A stretch of DNA of 44,632 nucleotides from an uncultured Candidatus Micrarchaeota archaeon (GCA_903835325.1 CAILMU010000005.1:1-44632); one strand, 5' to 3'; counted from the stretch's first letter, positions 1-9,310 are shown. A program made the numbers and translations. The notes: generated by a model not told the origin, from the sequence alone.

Positions 1-944
1 AAACCGAATGATTCGGAACAAAAAGACTCCCCGCGCTCGAGTTCGAGTGGTCTGGTTTGGTCAGCCTCGGCGATACGCTCGGACAGCAGGAGATTGAAGA
101 CGTGGGATTGGACGGCGTGGATGAATAGGAGAAGCATCCCGCGCGGAAGCTGTTTGAATGAGCCGAGATAATCGCCGGGATTTTTTGAAAGATAAGCGAC
201 CATAGAACGCTCGAGGCGGAGATGTTTGGGGAAATAGTTGAGAGCGCGGTTGAAATCAAGGTCAGCTCTCAATTGCTCCCTCGCTTGCCTCGCCTCGTCG
301 TTCTTTTCGCCAACGCTATCGCAGATGTATGAAATGGCTGCGCTTTCGAATTCGTTCTTCAGCAGTTTGAGACCGATTTCGTGGGTGTTTTTCCTGGTCG
401 AGCCGAATCGCTGGGAGCCGAAATAATTCGGGAAAATACCCCCCAAATCCGATTCGATTTCTTTAACGCGCTCGCCCGCTCCAGAATCCGCATCTTTGAT
501 TCTTATCGTGAACCGGTTTCCGAGAAGGCTTCCTATCCGGACTTTGTCTTTCGCCACCCATGCGCCCCGTATCGATATATCCTTTATTTTCAGCGATACG
601 ACCGCGCTCTTTTGGATTCCGCTTGCGGATGCGAGCTGGATGGTTCTGGCAACTTTATCCTTATTTCCCGCTACGCTGAATTGTTTGTGGGTGCAATGGA
701 GGCGCTTCGCGATTTCGGAGATGACTGATGATGTCGACCAGTCACGCTTCTCCAAAATAAAACGAGTGAAACGGCCCCCGGGTTCATCCGGAAACGAAAA
801 TGTTTTCCCAAGTTCAAGCACGGTTCCACCTTCGAGAATCTCCTCTACCAGGAAATCCTCTGGCTGGGATTTGAGATGGCCCCCGATGCCAGGGGTTTTC
901 GAAAAATAGGGAAGGCGGTGCGGCCATATGTCGCTTTCTTCCAT
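1..944 (-). CDS. truD: tRNA pseudouridine synthase TruD/Pus7 family, C-terminus cut by the window edge
   Basis: Absent from the ORF track because the frame runs off the window with no stop. Manual reverse translation from the ATG at 944 gives MEESDIWPHRLPYFSKTPGIGGHLKSQPEDFLVEEILEGG...GGIFPNYFGSQRFGSTRKNTHEIGL.... This matches the TruD N-terminal region and its NYFGxQRFG motif. Confidence 0.8.
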   Translation of the reverse strand, partial: MEESDIWPHRLPYFSKTPGIGGHLKSQPEDFLVEEILEGGTVLELGKTFSFPDEPGGRFTRFILEKRDWSTSSVISEIAKRLHCTHKQFSVAGNKDKVARTIQLASASGIQKSAVVSLKIKDISIRGAWVAKDKVRIGSLLGNRFTIRIKDADSGAGERVKEIESDLGGIFPNYFGSQRFGSTRKNTHEIGLKLLKNEFESAAISYICDSVGEKNDEARQAREQLRADLDFNRALNYFPKHLRLERSMVAYLSKNPGDYLGSFKQLPRGMLLLFIHAVQSHVFNLLLSERIAEADQTRPLELERGESFCSESFG

Positions 945-945
945 G

Positions 946-1491
946 TCAGATCGCCCTCAGAAGATCCGCTTTCGTGATTATCCCGACGACCTTCCCCTGC
1001 CTCTCGACCAGGACAGCGCTGTAGTGGCGGAGCAAATCGATGACGACATCCGAAAGCGAGTTGGCAGGTATCACCGGCAGGCTTTCGCGCATGATCTTGC
1101 TGACAGTGAGCATCTTCACGTCTCCGCTATGGCTCGCGAGGAGATCGACCATCAGGCTGTCTGACAGGCTGCCCACGCACCGCCCGCCTTCCATCACAGG
1201 AAGCTGGGAGATGTTCTTCGAGCGCATTATGGACGATGCACGGTGAAGCGTGTCCGACGGCGAAATCGAGATGAGATCGGGGGTCATGATGTCGGTTGCC
1301 CTCTTCTTGTCCTTGCTCTTCAGCCTTGAAAGCGCATCATTGATCCGTATTACCTTGGAATAGGCAGGGTCTATCTTGCCGCATTCTATCTTCGCGATCA
1401 TAGATTGCGAAACGCCCGCTAGCTTCGCCAGGGCCTTCTGCGTCAGGCCGAGCTGCCTCCTCATCCTCCCGATTCGTTCGATTTCGAGCAT
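946..1491 (-). CDS. Transcription regulator with an XRE-type HTH and a CBS-domain pair
   Basis: The track ORF is 946..1578. The upstream 29 codons are hydrophobic junk, and the ATG at 1491 (MLEIERIGRMRRQLGLTQKALAKLAGVSQSMIAKIECGK) starts a classic XRE HTH. Two CBS-like repeats follow (IMTPDLISISP...ISQLPVME and MRESLPVIPAN...VVGIITKADLL). Confidence 0.8.
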   Translation of the reverse strand: MLEIERIGRMRRQLGLTQKALAKLAGVSQSMIAKIECGKIDPAYSKVIRINDALSRLKSKDKKRATDIMTPDLISISPSDTLHRASSIMRSKNISQLPVMEGGRCVGSLSDSLMVDLLASHSGDVKMLTVSKIMRESLPVIPANSLSDVVIDLLRHYSAVLVERQGKVVGIITKADLLRAI

Positions 1492-1518
1492 AGAAATTCC
1501 GATTAGAATATTGTTTGC

Positions 1519-1535
1519 AAAATAATATAAATATA
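1519..1535. promoter_or_regulatory. A/T block (aaaataatataaatata), candidate bidirectional TATA element
   Basis: This is the only strongly A/T-rich block in the 1492-1569 gap. It lies about 30-40 nt from the ATG at 1491 (minus strand) and from the ATG at 1570 (plus strand). Confidence 0.35.
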
Positions 1536-1569
1536 GGAATGTGGCAGCAACAATCCCTAGGTGGTTTTG

Positions 1570-1812
1570 ATGGTGCATGGATTGGAAACATTAAAGGCAT
1601 TGAACAGCAAGGCATCAGCGCATAAGGAAGTGGCGAAGGTGCCGGTTCCGGATGCCATCGCACTGCACCCGGCGGCTGCAAGGAGATTTGTCAACTCTCC
1701 CTGGCCCAAGGAGTCGCGCGCCAAGAATCAACCGGATGTCTTCGCTACGTACGCGGAGAGTTCGGCCGAGCCGTTCAAAGGGAAGGCGCTCCATGAAGAT
1801 AGGCAGCCCTGA
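1570..1812 (+). CDS. Hypothetical small protein (80 aa); coding status uncertain
   Basis: This is the only sizeable ORF in the 350-bp gap before metG, and its ATG is suitably spaced from the A/T block. The product (MVHGLETLKALNSKASAHKEVAKVPVPD...) has no recognisable motif. Confidence 0.25.
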   Translation: MVHGLETLKALNSKASAHKEVAKVPVPDAIALHPAAARRFVNSPWPKESRAKNQPDVFATYAESSAEPFKGKALHEDRQP

Positions 1813-1929
1813 GCTTCAGGCGCATGAGCGGACGAGCTTTGCGCAATTGTCCCTTTTTTCCTATTCCCGATTTCTCGATTTCCGCTTTCTCTTTAAAACA
1901 TTCGATAGCATACTCTCTTCCGTGGTTCT

Positions 1930-4128
1930 ATGTCGAAGAAGATACTGATTACATCGGCCCTTCCTTATGTCAACAATGTGCCTCATCTTGGCAACATCAT
2001 CGGTTGCGTGCTATCCGCAGACGTTTTCTCCCGCTACTGTCGCTCACGAAAATATGAATGCCTCTACATATGCGGCACGGATGAATATGGCACAGCGACT
2101 GAGATCAAGGCGCTCGAAGAGGGCGTCACGCCTGCCGAGATCTGCTCCAAATACTATAAGATACACAAGGAAATCTACGAATGGTTCGGAATCAGATTCG
2201 ACATCTTCGGCCGGACATCGACCGAGAAGCACACCCAGATAACGCAGGAGATATTCAACGACCTCTACACCAACGGGCATATCATCGCAGAAGAGATAGA
2301 GCAGTTCTATGACGAGAAGGCAGGCATGTTCCTGGCCGACCGATATATAGAAGGCGAATGCCCGCATTGCCACTATGACGGGGCCAGAGGCGACCAGTGC
2401 GACAAGTGCGGGAAACTGCTGCATCCGACAGAGCTTATCGAGCCGCACAGCAAGATCACAAAGACGAAACCGATACTGAGGAAGACCAAGCACCTGTTCA
2501 TAGACCTGCCGGGGATAGAGAAGGAGCTTGCCCCCTGGATAACAGGCAATTCGGTCGCTGGGTTCTGGAGCGAGAACACGAAAAAGATCGCCATGGCCTG
2601 GCTCGCTGAAGGGCTGAAGAAAAGGGCGATAACGCGCGATTTGAAATGGGGCGTCCCGGTCCCCCTCAAGGGATACGAGAATAAGGTTTTCTATGTGTGG
2701 TTTGATGCGCCGATAGGATATATCTCGATCACGGCGAACCTGACAGATAACTGGAAAGACTGGTGGATGAACCCCAAGGGAGTCGACCTCTACCAGTTCA
2801 TGGGGAAGGACAATGTGCCTTTCCACAGCGTCATCTTCCCCTCCACCCTGATGGGCACGCATAAATCATGGACGCTCGTGCATCATATGAGCACTACGGA
2901 ATTCCTGAATTATGAAGACGGCAAGTTCTCGAAATCAAAGCAGATAGGCGTCTTCGGCGACGATGCCATGAAATCCGGGGTGCCTGCGGATGTCTACAGA
3001 TACTACCTCCTGTCCAACCGGCCCGAGCAGGCAGACACTAATTTCAGCTGGGATGATTTCTCGGACAAGAACAACAGCGAACTCCTTGCGAACCTCGGCA
3101 ACCTGGTGAACAGGACGCTCGTTTTCGTGAAGAACAATTTTGACGGGAAGGTGCCTTCAGGAGAGCCCAACGAGAAGGATAAAGTATTCCTGGATGAACA
3201 GAAGAAGGTAAGGGAGGAGATAAGTGCAGACCTCGAGAAGGTGCGTATCAAGGATGGCCTCCACAAGATCATGCATCTCTCGAAGAATACGAACAGGTAT
3301 TTCCAGGACAACAAGCCATGGGAGCTTGTGAAGAGCGACAAGGCGCGCTCTGGCGCTGTGATACGCATACTCGTCTCGCAGGTGAAGGATCTCGCGATAC
3401 TGACAGAACCATACCTTCCTCAGACGAGCAAAGAGATGTTCTCGCAACTCGGGCTCGAGACGCAGAGATGGGATGGACTCGGCATATTGCTTGATGGGGG
3501 GCACGCTATCGGGACCCCGAAAGCGCTCTTCAGGAAGATAGAGCCGAAAGAGACCGCGGAACTGCGATCGCGCTTCTCCGGGAAAGGCGAAAAGAAAGAG
3601 GAAGAAAAGCCTGCGATTCATTTCAAGGACCTGGACCTGGAAATAGGGGAGATTTTAAGCGTCGTGAAGCATCCGAATGCTGAGAAGCTGTTCGTGGAGC
3701 GGGTCAAGCTCGGCGGTGAGGAGAGGCAGATAGTCTCAGGCCTGGTCGGCTATTATCTTGCCGAGGAGCTCGTAGGCAAGAAGGTCGTGATTGTCAAGAA
3801 CCTGAAACCTGCGCTTTTGCGAGGGGTCGAATCTAACGGCATGCTGCTTGCAGCAGAAGGCAGGGAGCTTGTGCCGAACAAGGTGCAGAAAGGCGCAGGT
3901 TTCGAGAAAGGCGCTGTCGAAGTGATATTCTGCGAAGGCTGCACCCCTGGGCAGAAAGTGACGAGATTGGGCGAGAAGAGCGAGCCGAAATCCCTTCTCA
4001 CGATCGATGATTTCAGGAAAGTCAAGATCGAGGTCATGGATTTTCTGATCATGAGCGAAGGGAAAGGATTGGTCTGCGGCGCCCATGAACTGAGATTTCA
4101 TAATGTGAAGGAAGGCATAGTCGGTTGA
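1930..4128 (+). CDS. metG: Methionyl-tRNA synthetase with a C-terminal Trbp111/EMAPII-like tRNA-binding domain
   Basis: Class I motifs are present: PYVNNVPHLGN (HIGH region) and KFSKSK (KMSKS). There is a Zn knuckle, CPHCHYDGARGDQCDKCG. The C-terminal OB domain reads ...GEILSVVKHPNAEKLFVERVKLGGEERQIVSGL.... Confidence 0.95.
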   Translation: MSKKILITSALPYVNNVPHLGNIIGCVLSADVFSRYCRSRKYECLYICGTDEYGTATEIKALEEGVTPAEICSKYYKIHKEIYEWFGIRFDIFGRTSTEKHTQITQEIFNDLYTNGHIIAEEIEQFYDEKAGMFLADRYIEGECPHCHYDGARGDQCDKCGKLLHPTELIEPHSKITKTKPILRKTKHLFIDLPGIEKELAPWITGNSVAGFWSENTKKIAMAWLAEGLKKRAITRDLKWGVPVPLKGYENKVFYVWFDAPIGYISITANLTDNWKDWWMNPKGVDLYQFMGKDNVPFHSVIFPSTLMGTHKSWTLVHHMSTTEFLNYEDGKFSKSKQIGVFGDDAMKSGVPADVYRYYLLSNRPEQADTNFSWDDFSDKNNSELLANLGNLVNRTLVFVKNNFDGKVPSGEPNEKDKVFLDEQKKVREEISADLEKVRIKDGLHKIMHLSKNTNRYFQDNKPWELVKSDKARSGAVIRILVSQVKDLAILTEPYLPQTSKEMFSQLGLETQRWDGLGILLDGGHAIGTPKALFRKIEPKETAELRSRFSGKGEKKEEEKPAIHFKDLDLEIGEILSVVKHPNAEKLFVERVKLGGEERQIVSGLVGYYLAEELVGKKVVIVKNLKPALLRGVESNGMLLAAEGRELVPNKVQKGAGFEKGAVEVIFCEGCTPGQKVTRLGEKSEPKSLLTIDDFRKVKIEVMDFLIMSEGKGLVCGAHELRFHNVKEGIVG

Positions 4129-4164
4129 AGTCGTGATTCGGATGAAGAATTCGGAGTAGGAAAT

Positions 4165-4830
4165 ATGAGACCGCTTTATGCATTTCTGTTTTTCCTTGCC
4201 GGGACGATCATGCTGATGCTCCTCTACCGCAACGAGCTCCTTCTTTTCGGCCTCATGTCTGCATGCGCGCTCGCTTGCCTTCACATGGATAAGTGGAAGA
4301 ATGCCAAACGATTCCTAGCGGCGATGCTGATAGGCGGGACATGTGAGAATATCGCTGTGATGATAGGGGGCTGGCATTATTCTTTTTCGCACTACCTATA
4401 TGCGCCACTCTGGCTCCCTGTCGGATGGGGCATGGCCTATATATTCCTGTGCGACATGGTACCGAAAAAAGCTGAAGGGCGCTACAAGTTCAGGATGGGC
4501 AAGGATGAAGCGATTGGGCTGTTCCTCTCGCTTGGAGGCATCTTCCTCGCATTCAGCGGTTCGTTCTTGACAAGCTATTACCATTTCGACGAGATGGGGG
4601 TCCTTATCGGGTTCATCGGGGTGACTGTCGGGCTTTTCATAATCGGTTTCTACAGACTTTCAGATATCAAGGCAGGGCTGGTGGCTGCATCCCTGGGGAC
4701 CGGCATGGAGAGCTTGTGCATAATAGCAGGGAATTGGCATTACATGAGCGCGGTGTTCAGGACTCCGATGTGGCTTCCGCTATGCTGGTTCAATGCATTC
4801 CTGATAATGAGAAGGATAATAGAAAGATGA
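4165..4830 (+). CDS. Polytopic membrane protein with an internal two-fold duplication; function unknown
   Basis: Both halves carry the same motif: GGTCENIAVMIGGWHYSF...APLWLPVGW and GTGMESLCIIAGNWHYMS...TPMWLPLCW. The protein has several hydrophobic helices. Confidence 0.6.
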   Translation: MRPLYAFLFFLAGTIMLMLLYRNELLLFGLMSACALACLHMDKWKNAKRFLAAMLIGGTCENIAVMIGGWHYSFSHYLYAPLWLPVGWGMAYIFLCDMVPKKAEGRYKFRMGKDEAIGLFLSLGGIFLAFSGSFLTSYYHFDEMGVLIGFIGVTVGLFIIGFYRLSDIKAGLVAASLGTGMESLCIIAGNWHYMSAVFRTPMWLPLCWFNAFLIMRRIIER

Positions 4831-4851
4831 GAAAAAAACTTGGATAAGAAC

Positions 4852-5235
4852 TCAGCTGACCAATACGCCGTTCACTATCCCGTCCTGGCCCACGCGGTTC
4901 GTGACCCTGACTTTCCCCAGCTCGGTCTCCACGACCGCACCGCGGGTCACGACGTTCATACGCACGTACTCGGGATTCGGGCTGTCAAGGACACGGATCA
5001 TCTTCACCTGCTTCATGCCGGTCTTGGAGACGACATTGACCATGGATGCCTTCTTCAGCTTTATACCGAGAGCCCCGCCCCTTCCGCGGACGCTCTCCTT
5101 GACGTCTTTTGCCGCGACTTTCGTGGATGCGAAGACGCCTCCCAGGTGCGCGACCTTCTTGGCCTTGAACTTCCTGGTCCTTCCGCCGGTACCGGCCGTC
5201 ACTTTCTTCCCATAAGGCTGATGATATTGATACAT
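4852..5235 (-). CDS. rps8e: 30S ribosomal protein S8e
   Basis: MYQYHQPYGKKVTAGTGGRTRKFKAKK...VVTRGAVVETELGKVRVTNRVGQDGIVNGVLVS matches the archaeal S8e family end to end. The ATG at 5235 is preferred over the GTG at 5241 used by the track. Confidence 0.9.
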   Translation of the reverse strand: MYQYHQPYGKKVTAGTGGRTRKFKAKKVAHLGGVFASTKVAAKDVKESVRGRGGALGIKLKKASMVNVVSKTGMKQVKMIRVLDSPNPEYVRMNVVTRGAVVETELGKVRVTNRVGQDGIVNGVLVS

Positions 5236-5283
5236 AATCACGCTACCTCTTGAAGTAGATTCATCAAAATAATGACGGGGGGG

Positions 5284-5293
5284 ATTTTAAAAA
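5284..5293 (+). promoter_or_regulatory. TATA-like box (attttaaaaa) for the gene starting at 5315
   Basis: It is centred about 26 nt upstream of the ATG at 5315, the spacing expected for a leaderless archaeal mRNA. Confidence 0.4.
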
Positions 5294-5314
5294 CTATTTG
5301 TTAAAGCGCTTCCC

Positions 5315-5734
5315 ATGCGGATAATCAGGATGAAGAGCGATATCGCGAAAGAGAGGATGCGCGCATTGATGGATGAAATCGATGCGATTGCGATAAAGAG
5401 CGATACCGTACGCTCGGGAGAAGAGACCGAGCTCGCTTATCATCTCGCGAAAAAATCATTCGAAAACAAGAAAAACATCGCGCGTTCGCTCCGATACGAA
5501 TTCCTTCTCTGGCTGACCGGTAAGAACGACATAAAATCCGCCATGGGGATGAGCGCGCCGAAGGATTCGGCGAACACGGAGACGGGGGAGTTCTTGTTGG
5601 TCGTATTCGCGGACGAGCGGAAAAAATCAGATGAGGAAATCGCTGGGATTTTCAACGCAAAACTGCTTCCTCTTGGATTGGAGAAAAAGTCCGATGCCTT
5701 ATCGCTCGAACGGATATCGCTGTCGCGGATCTGA
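5315..5734 (+). CDS. cgi121: KEOPS complex subunit Cgi121-like
   Basis: At 139 aa it is the right size. NIARSLRYEFLLWLTGKNDIKSAMG parallels the conserved Cgi121 core (..EILVRASGQRQIHEAI..), and the C-terminal LERISLSRI parallels LEKIALIEL. The comparison is from memory and was not aligned. Confidence 0.55.
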   Translation: MRIIRMKSDIAKERMRALMDEIDAIAIKSDTVRSGEETELAYHLAKKSFENKKNIARSLRYEFLLWLTGKNDIKSAMGMSAPKDSANTETGEFLLVVFADERKKSDEEIAGIFNAKLLPLGLEKKSDALSLERISLSRI

Positions 5735-5759
5735 AATAAATGTGAAAAAATTCGGGTTT

Positions 5760-7496
5760 TCATATCCCTAGCTGCTTCTTCAGGGCATCCTGGTCTATCG
5801 GTATCTCTATCCCCAGAACCTTGTGGATGAACATGAACATCTCTACGATCTTGGATTTGTCCTTCGTTATCTTCTCCGCCATCTGCTTGATGGTGAGCTC
5901 TTTGCCTATCAGCTCGTAGAACATCAGCCCTTCCTTGCCGTAGCGCTTGTACACGGCATAGCCGTCCTCCCCATACTTCTTGCGCACATCCGCCCGGGGC
6001 GCCGGCTTAATTATGACCATGCCGTTCTGCATCATGAAATCCACGGTCTCTTTCACAGTATAAAGAGGCATGTCGAGGGCGAGCGCGATATCTATCATGT
6101 CGTTCTTGCCATCCATCCGGTCCAGAATCTTGCCCCCCTTTTCCCCGTATTTCAGCATTATCTTGGCTTTCATCTGCATCGATTTCACAAAATCCAGGGG
6201 CGCCTTGATGGGCGTCTCAAGCGGCGATGGCACCGGCCCCGCGCCTTCTGCCATCTCCTCCCCTTCGATCATCGGATTGAAGCCGGCCGCGCTCTCCTTG
6301 GACTCTTCGGCAGGGGGCGGGACCTCGCCCATCGCCGTCCTGCCTGCGGAAGGTTGCGTCCCTCCAGGGGGAGCTTTGGGGTAATCAAGCTTTATGATGC
6401 CCTGCTCGTCCATGAAATCCAATATCTCGACCAGTTTAGATTCGGTCAGGCCCGTCTCGCGCATTATCTCTTCGGCAGTGCGCTGGCCGTCTATGAGCGT
6501 GTACACCTGGAGACCGACGTCCCCGTATTTATCAGATATTATCTTCTCGACCGGGCTCATGCCCCCTGCCTCGGCACCGGAACCTCCGGCGCCGCCGGCT
6601 TCCGGCTGCTCAGAAGGCGTTATCTCCTCTTCCCCGGTGGCAGCTTCCCCGGAGTCTTCAGGCTTCTCGGATTCGATTTCGATCCCGGATTCTTCAGGCG
6701 TCTTTTCTTCCTCTTCCGCCGGAGCTTCTTCCGAGACCTCTTCCTCGTTCGTCTCGCCTTCTTCTTCCTTCCCGCCCCTCTCCGCGCCTTCAGTGGCCTC
6801 TCTTTCGCCTTCGACTTCCTCTCTGTCGCGTTCGGCTTCGGCCCCTTCCTCGTTGCTGATCGGTCTTATCTCGTCCTCTTCTTCGATCGGCCTTATCTCG
6901 ACATCTTGCTCGGCCTTGGCTTTGCCGGCCTCGCGGCCTTTCATGCCCTTCCTGGCAGGTTTCGGCTCCTCCTCTTCTGGGAGTATCGGGGCGATCTCAG
7001 GCGCTAACTCTTCCGAGATACCCTTCTCGGGCGCTTCCTCTTCGCGTTTCTTCACCTTCGCGCCTTTCTTCTTTGAGAACGGGATCTCGGGAGCGGGCTT
7101 TTCGGCTTCGGCCGCCTCTTCCTCCTCGGGAATCTCCGGTCCGACAGGCTGCTCTTCGGCTGGCTGCTCCTCGGCCGGCGTTTCCTCGCCGCCAAGCTCG
7201 AAGCGCTCCTGCGGGATGTTCTGGCCCGGCCCCTCATGCCCGCCTTTTTGTTTCGCGCCTGCAGGCTCCAATTCTATCATGCCGGCATCGCGCATGTAAT
7301 CTATTATCTGGGCGAACAGGCCCTCGTCCATGCCGAGGTCCTTGCGGAGCTCTTCCGTGGTCCTTTTCCCTGTTATCGCCTTGTAGACCTGGAGGCCCAC
7401 TTCGCCGAATTTCTTGAGAAGCATGTTTTGATTCTTGAACCGCTGCAAGGGCCCCTTCTCGTGTTTGATGATCTTATAATCAGCGCCGTCTGCCAT
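5760..7496 (-). CDS. Acidic protein with four winged-helix-like modules and a ~230-aa Glu-rich linker; function unknown
   Basis: Four ~50-aa modules share the pattern YG-x-x-G-x-x-(V/I/F)Y-x-x-I-x-G...(D/E)(F/Y)M-x-x-x-G(I/M)I. Examples are FGEVGLQVYKAITGKRTTEELRKDLGMDEGLFAQIIDYMRDAGMIELE and YGDVGLQVYTLIDGQRTAEEIMRETGLTESKLVEILDFMDEQGIIKLD. The ATG at 7496 (MADGADYKII) is preferred over the GTG at 7511. Confidence 0.75.
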   Translation of the reverse strand: MADGADYKIIKHEKGPLQRFKNQNMLLKKFGEVGLQVYKAITGKRTTEELRKDLGMDEGLFAQIIDYMRDAGMIELEPAGAKQKGGHEGPGQNIPQERFELGGEETPAEEQPAEEQPVGPEIPEEEEAAEAEKPAPEIPFSKKKGAKVKKREEEAPEKGISEELAPEIAPILPEEEEPKPARKGMKGREAGKAKAEQDVEIRPIEEEDEIRPISNEEGAEAERDREEVEGEREATEGAERGGKEEEGETNEEEVSEEAPAEEEEKTPEESGIEIESEKPEDSGEAATGEEEITPSEQPEAGGAGGSGAEAGGMSPVEKIISDKYGDVGLQVYTLIDGQRTAEEIMRETGLTESKLVEILDFMDEQGIIKLDYPKAPPGGTQPSAGRTAMGEVPPPAEESKESAAGFNPMIEGEEMAEGAGPVPSPLETPIKAPLDFVKSMQMKAKIMLKYGEKGGKILDRMDGKNDMIDIALALDMPLYTVKETVDFMMQNGMVIIKPAPRADVRKKYGEDGYAVYKRYGKEGLMFYELIGKELTIKQMAEKITKDKSKIVEMFMFIHKVLGIEIPIDQDALKKQLGI

Positions 7497-7552
7497 CTCA
7501 ACCACTCGCACATCGGGTAAGGATCGTTTGGTAAATGAATATCATCAGAATC

Positions 7553-7560
7553 TTTATTAA
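7553..7560 (+). promoter_or_regulatory. TATA-like box (tttattaa) for the gene starting at 7583
   Basis: It spans -30 to -23 relative to the ATG at 7583, inside the 86-bp divergent intergenic region 7497-7582. Confidence 0.4.
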
Positions 7561-7582
7561 CATACTCAATTTATATAAGCCC

Positions 7583-9310
7583 ATGGAGTTCGACGAGCTA
7601 CTGATAACCACGGGTGTCGATGCGCTCGTGCGCCTGATCCGCGAAAAAGGGAAGATCGAGCTTGATGAGGCTTCGTCGCTCCTGAACATCCCTCCCGAGA
7701 CCCTGCAGGAGTGGGCGCGCGTCCTAGAAGAGGAGGGCATAATCAAGCTGGAGTACAGGCTCACCAAAGTCAACCTTGTCTGGCTGAAGCCGACCGAAGA
7801 GGAGATTATCTCCGAGAAAGAGTCTTTCCGGGAAGAGAAAGGCGGCCTCGAGAAGGAGGTCGATGCATTCCGGGGCAGGACCATCGAGCAGGGGAAAGAG
7901 ATAAGCGACCTGAGGCAGTCGTTCTCCGAGTTCTATTCGAAGGCTTACCCAAGGATCGAGAAGCTGGAGAAGGCGGTATCAAGCGGCTCAGCGCCCTCCG
8001 CATCCGCTCTTCCGGCCGGGCAACGCAGGCCCGAGGAAGTGATCGCCGATTATTCCGGGAGATTGGAGCGCTTCGGCGCGGACATCGATTCCATCAGGGG
8101 AGCCCTCGGCGGCATCAGGAGCGACATCGAGAGCGTGGGGATAGAGCGCAAGGCGAAGGATGCGGCAGACCGGATGGAGAGGATGGATTCCATCAGACAG
8201 GAATTCAGCGCGCTCGAGAAGGAATTTTCTGAAGTCAAGAAGAAATCCGCAGGCGCCACGCCATCCGAAGGCGCTATGCCGAGCTCTGCCGAATTCAGGA
8301 AGAAGTTCGATGGGATAAAGAAGGACGTCGCATCCGTGAAAGCCAAAAGCGCGCAGATCCGCGAGGACATGATAAGCCTGCACGAGAGCTCCGAGATATT
8401 GAAAGGCGTCGCTGAATCGATAATGGGGAGCGAGGAGAAGGTGCAGGGCATCCAGGATGAATTGGATTCATTGAACAAGCAGTCGGATGCTCTCCTGGAG
8501 AAGGCGAATGCCATATCCGAAAAAGTCAAGGAGAGCGCAGATATCTCGGAACGCCTTGCCGGAACCATCACGACGGCCAAAGGCGTCCTGACCCGCTTCC
8601 CCACCCAAGCGAAGGTGATGGAGGAGCTGGACAAGATGAAGGCCATCGAGAGCAATCTGCTCGAGAAGACGGATGCCATGGAGGGCCTCCTCAGCGCCAC
8701 AGGGGGGCGGGCTATGAGCGTCAAACAGCTCACGGATACCACCAAGAAGATGGAGACCAAGGTCGGTGAGATGCGCGCAGAGATAGAAGCGCTCGAATCG
8801 AGCCTCGAGGACGAGAAGGCGACCTATCTCGCGTTCCAGAAAATCAAGGAGCGCATCGTGCCCTCCATAGAAGGATACCAGAAGCAGATAAGCGGAATGG
8901 AGAGCGAAATCGGCAAGATACAGATAGACGCGGTCAAGCAGAAGGAGTCCCTGAAGCAGGACAGCGAGAAGATACAGCAGATGCTCAAGGAGCCCGGCAC
9001 CGTGGAAGCGATGAAGGTCGTCGGGGAGATAGAGGTGAAGAGGAAGGAGCTCGATGAGATAAAGCAGACGCTGGACGAGCTGTCGGACACGTCCGACAAC
9101 CTCACGAAAAGGATAACCCTGCTCTCGCAGCAGGCGAAGCTGGTCGAGATACGCGCAGGCCCGGCGGCTCCGGCAGGACCTGCAGAGACCGAGAACAAGA
9201 AAGAGGAGATCCGCCATCAGCTGGAGCTGAGCGAAGCCGAGGAGCTCGAATTCCGCAGGAAGCGCGAGGAGCTCAAGAACCTCATCAAGAAGCTCTGGGA
9301 GAGCGGATAG
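7583..9310 (+). CDS. Protein with an N-terminal winged-helix module and a long coiled coil; first gene of the pilus-like operon
   Basis: The N-terminus MEFDELLITTGVDALVRLIREKGKIELDEASSLLNIPPETLQEWARVLEEEGIIKLEY resembles the modules of the divergent neighbour (compare ..EQGIIKLDY). The remaining ~500 aa are heptad-like and rich in E, K and S. The ATG at 7583 is preferred over 7535, which would leave only a 23-bp gap. Confidence 0.75.
   Translation: MEFDELLITTGVDALVRLIREKGKIELDEASSLLNIPPETLQEWARVLEEEGIIKLEYRLTKVNLVWLKPTEEEIISEKESFREEKGGLEKEVDAFRGRTIEQGKEISDLRQSFSEFYSKAYPRIEKLEKAVSSGSAPSASALPAGQRRPEEVIADYSGRLERFGADIDSIRGALGGIRSDIESVGIERKAKDAADRMERMDSIRQEFSALEKEFSEVKKKSAGATPSEGAMPSSAEFRKKFDGIKKDVASVKAKSAQIREDMISLHESSEILKGVAESIMGSEEKVQGIQDELDSLNKQSDALLEKANAISEKVKESADISERLAGTITTAKGVLTRFPTQAKVMEELDKMKAIESNLLEKTDAMEGLLSATGGRAMSVKQLTDTTKKMETKVGEMRAEIEALESSLEDEKATYLAFQKIKERIVPSIEGYQKQISGMESEIGKIQIDAVKQKESLKQDSEKIQQMLKEPGTVEAMKVVGEIEVKRKELDEIKQTLDELSDTSDNLTKRITLLSQQAKLVEIRAGPAAPAGPAETENKKEEIRHQLELSEAEELEFRRKREELKNLIKKLWESG

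Noticed and set aside
381-909. Plus-strand ORFs of 115 and 137 aa at the window start
   Set aside because: Both lie entirely inside the minus-strand TruD reading frame, which has clear family motifs. The track missed truD only because it has no stop inside the window.
1620-1830. GC-rich stretch before metG as a possible SRP or other structured RNA
   Set aside because: I could not find conserved SRP helix-8/helix-5 motifs or a convincing long-range fold on either strand. The only support is composition, so a weak small-ORF call is listed instead.
5823-7299. 394-aa and 301-aa plus-strand ORFs antisense to the acidic wH-repeat gene
   Set aside because: They mirror a Glu-rich (GAA/GAG) gene, so the antisense frames (TTC/CTC) lack stops by composition. 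Their products are Ser/Phe/Leu/Arg low-complexity sequence with no domain logic.
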